From: Zygophlyctis sp. KS116
Taxonomy: Eukaryota; Fungi; Chytridiomycota
DNA length: 14,617 nt
Direction of reading: 5' to 3'
Assembly: GCA_054661495.1 (NCBI GenBank)
Contig: BAAFSQ010000246.1
Span: 1 to 14,617 of the forward strand
Shown here: positions 1 to 6,950 of the stretch, in pieces
Layout: each line of letters begins with the position of its first letter
Position numbering within the stretch: position 1 is the first letter of the stretch
Made by a program: the position numbers and the translations under genes
Notes under the pieces: model-generated
The model's database searches: none
The model's input: only the letters and a program-made list of their open reading frames with translations
What the model was told of the DNA's origin: nothing

Positions 1-77
1 GTTGACTTGTTTCAAAATAGATTCTTACCGCATGATTACGGCGTAATGTATCACTTGTTGACTTGTTTCAAAATAGA
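1..77. repeat. Direct repeat GTTGACTTGTTTCAAAATAGA at 1-21 and 57-77 (56-bp period, left copy cut by window edge)
   Basis: Exact 21-nt identity between 1-21 and 57-77. The intervening 35 nt contain the inverted repeat ATTACG-G-CGTAAT (35-47). Confidence 0.85.
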
Positions 78-137
78 AATTTAAACAGGTAATTTGAAAT
101 CTCAATAAAATCAATTTTAAAGTATAAGAGAATTTCT

Positions 138-467
138 TTAATCAAACAGTCCGAAACCCATATCATCATCAGATTCTTCCTTGGCTTCTTCCTTCTTCTT
201 TTCCTCTTTTGGAGCAGCGGCCGCAGCAGCAGGAGCAGATCCAGAAGCAGGAGCAGCAGCACCACCAGATGGCATTGATGCCAATTTTGAAGATCCTTGA
301 GCAATAAGTTCATCAATAGATTTTCCTTCTAATTCCTTCAATAGGGTATTTAAACGATCTTGATCAGCTTCAATTCCAACAGATTCTAAAATTTTAGAAA
401 CATCTTTAGCTTTGGGTGATTCATTTCCTCCAAGAGTAGCAAGTAAATAAGCAGCAATGTGTTTCAT
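138..467 (-). CDS. RPP2: 60S acidic ribosomal protein P2 (109 aa, intronless)
   Basis: [11 protein letters not shown]-terminus, Ala-rich hinge and the conserved P-protein tail [13 protein letters not shown]. Confidence 0.97.
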   Translation of the reverse strand: MKHIAAYLLATLGGNESPKAKDVSKILESVGIEADQDRLNTLLKELEGKSIDELIAQGSSKLASMPSGGAAAPASGSAPAAAAAAPKEEKKKEEAKEESDDDMGFGLFD

Positions 468-613
468 TATTTTTTTTTAAAAATTTATTAGACAAGTGGC
501 TTGCAGTGACTTGAATAATTAGTGCCAGGTTTTCCTGTCTGGCTGGGTGCTGACTGGGTGCTGACTGGGTAGGTTTTACAAGGATCAGGGCAGTGTTTAA
601 AAAAAAACTAAAA
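468..613. promoter_or_regulatory. 146-bp bidirectional promoter between head-to-head RPP2 and RPL31
   Basis: Divergent ATGs at 467(-) and 614(+). The GC-richer core holds a tandem repeat and is flanked by poly-T and poly-A tracts next to each ATG. Confidence 0.75.
543..570. repeat. 11-bp tandem repeat (CTGGGTGCTGA)x2.5
   Basis: Units at 543-553, 554-564 and a partial unit at 565-570. Confidence 0.9.
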
Positions 614-995
614 ATGGCTGGTGAAAAGACAAAGTCATCTACTTTAAAGGAAGTTGTTACTAGAGATTACACTATCCACTTACACAAACATCTTCACGGA
701 TGGTAATATAATCAGATCTAATTCTAGTACTTTTAAAAAGAGAGCTCCAAAAGCTATAAAGGTGATTCGGGAATTTGCAAAGAAACAAATGAATACAACC
801 GATGTTCGATTACATCCTTCTCTAAATGGAGCTGTTTGGGCTAAAGGTATAAAGTCTGTGCCACACCGATTGCGTATTCGATTGGCAAGAAAGAGAAACG
901 AGTCTGAAGATGCAAAGGAAAAATTATACACTTTAATCTCTCATGTCCCAATGTCAAAGTTTAAAGGTGTTCAGACAGTCACGGTAGAAGAGTAA
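614..995 (+). CDS. RPL31: 60S ribosomal protein L31 (eL31); join(614..702,728..995), 118 aa
   Basis: ATG at 614 gives [29 protein letters not shown]. Removing the 25-nt intron 703-727 (gtaata...ctaattctag) joins it to [12 protein letters not shown]...RLARKRNE. The ORF-track TTG start at 654 is wrong. Confidence 0.96.
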
Positions 996-1013
996 AAAAT
1001 AAACTTCAGTTTG

Positions 1014-2511
1014 TTACCCCATAAACTCTGCTAAAATAAGGGGTGCTATTACAATGATTGCAGTGTACAATACTGCAATTATTCTCCATAATGAGAAGGG
1101 GAATCTAGTTTGCTGGAGAATAATCCAGGCCCCGTAAAAGGCAACTGCAAAAAAATGTCCAATGAGTGTTAAGGGTTCTTGCACTAGACCTGCTAATAAC
1201 CCTACTGGAGTTGAAGCGCAGATTCCACCAAGTTTAAAATAGGCAAAACATGCTTTTTGAAGCCAAATTAGATTAATATCTAGAATAAATTGTCTATAAA
1301 ATTACCATCTCCTGCTGCAAAAAGAGAATACAAGGCATTTGCAAGAATATTTATAACTGCACAGGATGATTTTCTAATCCAAAAGAATCGTTTATTCACC
1401 TTTGCTATTCTTCTTACATCTTTGAAATTATTAAATTTAGATAATTCTTTAGCATAATATACTACATCCCATAAAGCAACAGTCATTCCACCTCCAGTTA
1501 ATGGATGTCTTGCATTCATTGCATCTCCAAGAATCATACCTCCAGGAACTGTATTTATAGAAGGAGGAAGCCAAGAATTAGGCATTGAACGTATTCTATC
1601 ACGTTCTAAAGCTTCATAAAAACTTGTCTGAATAGATTCAGGAAGTTGAGGACCAATAGAATTTTTCAAATACTTTTTCAAATTTACAGGATTTGGTAAA
1701 GTTCCTGGAACATCAATTAGAATTCTTGTATCTGTAGTTGAAATTTGATATAACAAGACTGGAGATGGTTTAGCCAAAAAAACAGTCCCATAATTTGGAT
1801 ATGGAAGCACAGCATTTTTGAGTATTAATCTTGATTCAATAAAAAGAAAAAATACCCAACAAAACTTGATTGAGTAACTAGACTCTTTGTAATAAAAGTC
1901 TTTCTAAATTTAGAAAAAATCCCATCAGCAATTATAGTAAGAGGAGCACGAATCTTTACCCCCTTTTCTCCGTTTTTATAAGAAATTTCAGCCCCTACTA
2001 TAGTTCCATTTTTCATACAAAGATCATTCACTGTAGCTTCTAGACAAGTCACACTAATTTTAAAAAAATTTAAAATAATACTTGTCTTGATACAATGCAA
2101 AAGACCTTAGATTCATGACAAATCTCCCATGATGAAAAGCGACTCCTTTATTTTTTTCTAGTTGCGGATAAGTCAATAAAACCTTTTTTTTATAAAGAAA
2201 AATCCACTTACTTGATCATCTTGAGCAAATACTGCATAACCTCGTACTTGAATCCCATCAATCCCCTCTACAGCATCTTCCAATCCTAATTCTCTGAGCG
2301 CATTAATTCCTCCTGGCTGCAGCAATTCCCCAACAATTCTATCAGGCTCTTTCCAGTCTCTTTCTATTAAACAAACATGTTTATTTTGGTTTCCTAGAGC
2401 TACAGCCATGGCACATCCAAGTATACCGCCTCCAACAACTACAACATCAAACTCATCCGACTTGTAAGTATTTAGAATTGCATTTGGGAGTTTTTCATTC
2501 AGCGCTAGCAT
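1014..2511 (-). CDS. ERG1: Squalene epoxidase/monooxygenase; complement join(2212..2511,2082..2182,1856..2053,1306..1829,1014..1279), 462 aa
   Basis: FAD motif VVGGGILG, plus ERDWKEPDRIVGELLQPGG, FHHGRF, ADGIFSKFR, LGDAMNARHPLTGGGMTV and a hydrophobic C-terminus. Introns 2183-2211 (29), 2054-2081 (28), 1830-1855 (26) and 1280-1305 (26) restore one frame to the TAA at 1016-1014. Confidence 0.95.
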
Positions 2512-2738
2512 TTTGTATTTTATTAATTTTTTTAAGAGTGAATTGGATCGAGACTATTGATCGTGAATGTTGTCTAGTATCATGTCTACTCAATGTCTGG
2601 TATCATGTCAAGCAAGTAGTTCATGGAGAGCAGTAAATCCCAAAAGTATAAAAGCACTGAAAGAATGGTCACTTTAGCGCAGGGGCAAGTCAAGAAATTT
2701 TTCTTGTTGGCAGCAAAAATTTCTTGTTTCAGCGACTT

Positions 2739-3956
2739 ATGATTTCCTCCAGAATGCTCTATTCTCAAAGAAAAAAGATGATTGTAATAGTCTTGATCCT
2801 TTGCTTCTTGTATTTTCAAACACCCAATCATCATCAGCGCTCTCAAAATCCTCAATTGGAAATTATAAAAAACTTGATTTCAAAATCTCAAAAGGAATGC
2901 AATCTAGACTCTTATTTCAATAGGATTCTAGAGAATTTACAACTGGAAAGTCTTTCAAATTGTCATTTTTCTATTCATCATCTCTCGGGTCTTTTAGGGA
3001 TTTACGGACTCTCTAAAAATCATTGGTTCTTACAAAAATCTCTTGAAATTGTTTATAATAATTCCGATAAATTCAAAACTTCTTCAGGGATTCCTAATAT
3101 AGGTTCTCAAAATTCTCAAAATTCTCAAAATTCTAAAATTGTGTCTGTAGATGTGTTTTCAATCTATGCTCTGGAATTCTACTATTTGGCAGATTTAACT
3201 CAAAATTTTACATTTGTGGATCAAGTAGAAAGAGGACTAAAAACTATAAATACTTTAATTATTCTAAATAGGACTCTTGATTTGATAAATGTTGATGATC
3301 CTTTAAGGATTTCAAAAGGTTTAAATTCTATAAAAGTTTCTAAACTCTATCCGACACTCTTGAAATTATGGATTTCTACAAATTATACTATATACAAGGA
3401 TATGTATGATAAATCATTATCATTAATTACTCCATTTATTCAATCTATAACAACAATGGAATGTTTTTTTCCAGGAATGTTGACTCAAGGTGCACTATTA
3501 GATCGAGTTCAAAATTGGACTGTAAATCTAAATTTGGCTCATAATTTGCAACAATACTGCAATGTACCTAGAGATTTAAAAGATTCAAGAAATTCTAATG
3601 ATTCTGGGATTGAATCTCATCTAAATTGTTCAGATGGAAATCCTTTAATTCTTGAAAACTTTTTTTACATGTATAGACTTACTCTGGACAAGTCTTGGAG
3701 AGAATTAGGATGGGAGTATATTACTACTTTTGGGAATTGCTTGGATGATTATAGTTTAAGATTTGCATATTTTTTATTTTCAGATTCTAGTCTGTATCCT
3801 TTAGAGGAGTATACATTTTCAAATGGATTTCCTATGGCTATCAGAGGAGTAAAGGATAGACGTGTGTTTTTGCCCAAGAGAGAGGAATCTTGTAATGATT
3901 GTATTGAAGGATATGGTCTGGATTCTCTATTGAATGGTGCATTTTCTAATTATTAA
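2739..3956 (+). CDS. Glycoside hydrolase family 47 (alpha-1,2-mannosidase)-like type II membrane protein, probably catalytically inactive (405 aa; alternative ATG at 2754)
   Basis: Basic residues followed by a TM segment (RKKMIVIVLILCFLYF). GH47-like blocks appear in the right order: LSGLLGIYGLS, FKTSSGIP, LEFYYLADLT, LYPTLLKLW, CFFPGML, ENFFYMYRLTLDKSWRELGW, AYFLFSD. Confidence 0.75.
   Translation: MISSRMLYSQRKKMIVIVLILCFLYFQTPNHHQRSQNPQLEIIKNLISKSQKECNLDSYFNRILENLQLESLSNCHFSIHHLSGLLGIYGLSKNHWFLQKSLEIVYNNSDKFKTSSGIPNIGSQNSQNSQNSKIVSVDVFSIYALEFYYLADLTQNFTFVDQVERGLKTINTLIILNRTLDLINVDDPLRISKGLNSIKVSKLYPTLLKLWISTNYTIYKDMYDKSLSLITPFIQSITTMECFFPGMLTQGALLDRVQNWTVNLNLAHNLQQYCNVPRDLKDSRNSNDSGIESHLNCSDGNPLILENFFYMYRLTLDKSWRELGWEYITTFGNCLDDYSLRFAYFLFSDSSLYPLEEYTFSNGFPMAIRGVKDRRVFLPKREESCNDCIEGYGLDSLLNGAFSNY
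3104..3138 (+). repeat. 9-bp in-frame tandem repeat (TTCTCAAAA)x3 plus a variant, encoding SQNSQNSQNSK
   Basis: Units at 3104-3112, 3113-3121, 3122-3130 and a degenerate unit at 3131-3138. Confidence 0.9.
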
Positions 3957-3994
3957 TAAAGAATTAAGTCTGATGAAAGCCCTACTGTTAAGTC

Positions 3995-5702
3995 ATGAAT
4001 CTAACAAGAATGATCAATGATCGCAAACAGAAGCAATCTTGTAAATTTACAATGTTTCAAGAGATTAAGAGTCTTTATCCCTCTGTGATTTATCCAAATA
4101 AAACATTGTACAATACAAATATGTCTGGAATTCGTCGTTTTACTCCCGATGGAAAGTATTTGCTATGCATTGGATCTAGAGTTGTATCGCTCTATAAATA
4201 TTTAGGACCGGTCCCAAAACAAGGCGTCGCTGATGATTTTGCAAAGTTCTTTACTCTAAAGTATGAAAAAGCATTAACGGCCGGAAATGAAATTATTTGC
4301 AAGGATTTCTCATTATTTACTCAAGATCAAAAAAGGATGATTTTAGCATCTGCAGCTTCTAATGAATCTCATCATACTAGTCTTGATGATATTACATTTT
4401 GGATTTTGGATATTGAGTCTGGTCAAATTCTTGGATCTAAAACATTTCTGAATGATTATATATTTCTAAACAATAATTCTGGAGTTCATTTATTCAAGAA
4501 TTATTTAGCGATTGCTTCTGTACAAAAACAGGCAATTTATATTTGTCATATACGGGTAAGATTTTGAATTACTAATTTTTTAGATGGATGGATCGCTTAT
4601 ACTTGCACAAACAATTGGTCCTAATCTATTTGAAGATGATGAAATGATTCTTGCAGAAGCCACAAGAGTTCGAAAATACAATTTGGAAGAACATGAGGAT
4701 AAAAGGCAGAGAGTTCAAGTTGAAGAAGTCCCTCTAAATTCTAGAAAGAAAAGACCACAAAGTGGATTAATGCAGAGAATTCTGACATTTTTGTTTAAAA
4801 ATGCAAAAGGAACTGGAAAAAAGGCGTAAATCTCAAGAGTTAACATTTAGATCATTAAATCACTTTAACTTGACATTTGGACATTTTGAATCTCTTTTAC
4901 TCTGGAAAGTATTGTTTATTGATGATGATAGACTCTTTATTAAAATGGGAAATAGTGAAAATATTATGGGAAAGGTATTTCAATTTTAGGATTACTAAAT
5001 GTTATTAGAGTGCTGAAAGTTCTATAACTCATACTTCATTTTTCGTAATATACAATTATAAAACTGCAACTGTTGAAAATATGTTTGATAATAGTTGTAA
5101 AGAATTATTGGAATTTTGTCAATCTATTCAGTTACTAATTGGAAATATTCCTGATGAATCTTCACTTTTCATTAGTGGTAACCTTTTATAATTTCAATAT
5201 TAGGACCAGAAAATAATATATATGCCATGGAAATAATGAAATCTCATATTTTTGCTGTCCAGTAAGATTTTAAGATTTTAAAATTTAGAAAAGCAAGAAA
5301 CGGAGGAGCTGCACAAGCAGTAAAACGTCTAGTGTCTGGATGTCCTCATAATCCTCAATCTTTCTATTCCACACCTTATTTTGACCACAATTTGTTCAGT
5401 TGGGATGATAAATTGATAAATGCCTATGATAGAGCACGACCATGCTCAGAATTTCCAGTTAAATTCTTTAGTAGAAAAACAGGAAAACTGAAATTCAAAA
5501 TTGATCCACATATGATCCCTTATGGCTCAAACCCAAATTCACCTCCTTACAGATCATCAAAGTAAGTTTTTATAAGAATTTTTCAACTATTAGAAAATAC
5601 GTGTATTATGTCTTTCATCCAACAGACCCATTCTGTTTTTCTATCCAACATACTCCTACACAACAGATTGTAAACATTCATTATCGAGACCCACTTTTAT
5701 AA
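3995..5702 (+). CDS. DET1: De-etiolated 1 homolog (CRL4/DDB1-associated); join(3995..4555,4584..4825,4851..4974,5009..5177,5204..5261,5289..5561,5594..5702), 511 aa
   Basis: DET1-type motifs: IRRFTPDGKY, CKDFSLFT, DYIFLNNNSGVHL, ARNGG..QAVKRL, PQSFYSTPYFDHNLFSWDDK, FHPTDPF..S, VNIHYR. Six introns of 28, 25, 34, 26, 27 and 32 nt restore the frame. Confidence 0.92.
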
Positions 5703-6635
5703 TTTCTCCAATGTCTTGATAAATATTTTACCTTTATTTTCTGTACTAAATCCACCTACAGCAACTTTAAAACTTGTTCCATTAGATTCCAAGAGTGCCA
5801 TTGAATTAAATTTCTGACCTTTATTTTCTAAATTTGAAATTCTTTCTAAATTAGAGTCCCAAAGAGAAATATTCCCATCTAATCCTGTTGATAATATCCA
5901 ATCCTTATCAAACAAGACTGAATTTATAGCCCATCTATGCCCATGTACCATTTTAGATTTCCAATTTTCCTTCTTTTTTGATCCTTTAATTGATTCAAAA
6001 AGCTGTAAATCCCCATTAAATCTACCCACCAGCACCTTTTTCCCAGATTCATTAAACTTGCAACTTGTCACAAAAGGAGCATTAATCTGCATTCCTCCAG
6101 AATTCTCTTCCAATCCTTGATCAGAACTAAATTCGGACATTATAGATCCTCTAGAGAAATCTGAAATAATTGCTTTCGAATCAAATCCTCCTGATAATAC
6201 TTGCCAATTAGAATTTGGTCTAAATGCAATACAAGATGCAACATTTGAATGTAGAAAGAGCCTTTTGGGTAATTTATTCCTCCAGTCCAGAATTATTACT
6301 TGTCCTTGATCTTGAGCTATTCCAATTAATTCATGATTATAATTTAAATCTATGCAATTTATATCATCATTTGAAACTTCCATAATACTATCTGGAGCAT
6401 TAATTACAATTCTATTCCTGAGATCAAACAATTTGATAGTCTTTTGACTAGCTATAACAATAGTATTTCCTAGTATTCCAAAACTAGATATTTCATCTTT
6501 AGTCTTTATCCCAACTACAACCTTTTCCTTTACTAGATCAGAGATTCTTAGCTCTCCAGCAGTATCAGAGGAATATAATAAATTACATTCTTTAAGAAAT
6601 TTCAAGTCTGTTATTTCTGCAGTATGTCCCTTCAT
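5697..6635 (-). CDS. WD40-repeat protein, WDR53-like (312 aa from the first in-frame ATG at 6635)
   Basis: Repeats such as GHTAEI and GHRWAINSV...LSTGLDGNISLWD. DDINCIDLN, HSNVASCIAFRP and GMQINAPFV resemble WDR53 as I recall it. There is no in-frame ATG between 6635 and the upstream stop at 6746-6744. Confidence 0.85.
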   Translation of the reverse strand: MKGHTAEITDLKFLKECNLLYSSDTAGELRISDLVKEKVVVGIKTKDEISSFGILGNTIVIASQKTIKLFDLRNRIVINAPDSIMEVSNDDINCIDLNYNHELIGIAQDQGQVIILDWRNKLPKRLFLHSNVASCIAFRPNSNWQVLSGGFDSKAIISDFSRGSIMSEFSSDQGLEENSGGMQINAPFVTSCKFNESGKKVLVGRFNGDLQLFESIKGSKKKENWKSKMVHGHRWAINSVLFDKDWILSTGLDGNISLWDSNLERISNLENKGQKFNSMALLESNGTSFKVAVGGFSTENKGKIFIKTLEKL

Positions 6636-6680
6636 CTCAATCTCACTAGAGAGTAAATTCTCTTTCAAATTCTCATTTAA

Positions 6681-6923
6681 TTTTCTCAGTTTTCTCAGGT
6701 TTCTCAGTTTGTCAGTTTTATTACATTTAGATCTCAGTTGGAATTACAATCAGTTGGAATTAAAACTAGAAAAACTAGAAAAACTCATTTAAAAAAAATT
6801 AAAAAAATTAAAATAAATTGCGATTGTTAAACGTGTCAAATTGATATATTCACTTAAATAAGGTTGGTTGAGTTTTTGAGTTTCTATAAATTAAAGCTTC
6901 CTATCTATACTCTATATACTCTA
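6681..6923. repeat. Cluster of short duplications in the WD40/PPR divergent intergenic region
   Basis: (TTTTCTCAG)x3 at 6681-6707 (third copy has 1 mismatch); TCAGTTGGAATTA at 6734-6746 and 6750-6762; (AAAACTAGA)x2 at 6762-6779; (AAAAAAATT)x2 at 6792-6809; (TATACTCTA)x2 at 6906-6923. Confidence 0.85.
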
Positions 6924-6950
6924 AAGACTTGGGTGAGGTTTGTAGAAAGA

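Noticed and set aside
1-77. CRISPR-like repeat-spacer-repeat (21+35+21)
   Set aside because: Only two copies, in an intron-containing eukaryotic context with no cas genes. Kept as a plain repeat.
68-931. Shadow ORFs 68..316(-) and 680..931(-)
   Set aside because: Alternative-frame or antisense shadows of RPP2 and RPL31 with no recognisable motifs.
2512-2738. Sterol regulatory element upstream of ERG1 (repeated ATGTC, GATCGWGA)
   Set aside because: No convincing match to SREBP/Sre1 or Upc2 sites by eye, and too short to support.
2586-2855. 89-aa minus-strand ORF
   Set aside because: TTG start, spans a promoter and the antisense of the GH47-like 5' end, and has no recognisable features.
6864-6950. 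TTG start and upstream exon for the PPR gene
   Set aside because: There is no plus-strand ATG or convincing GTA donor in 6636-6950, so ATG 6951 was used.
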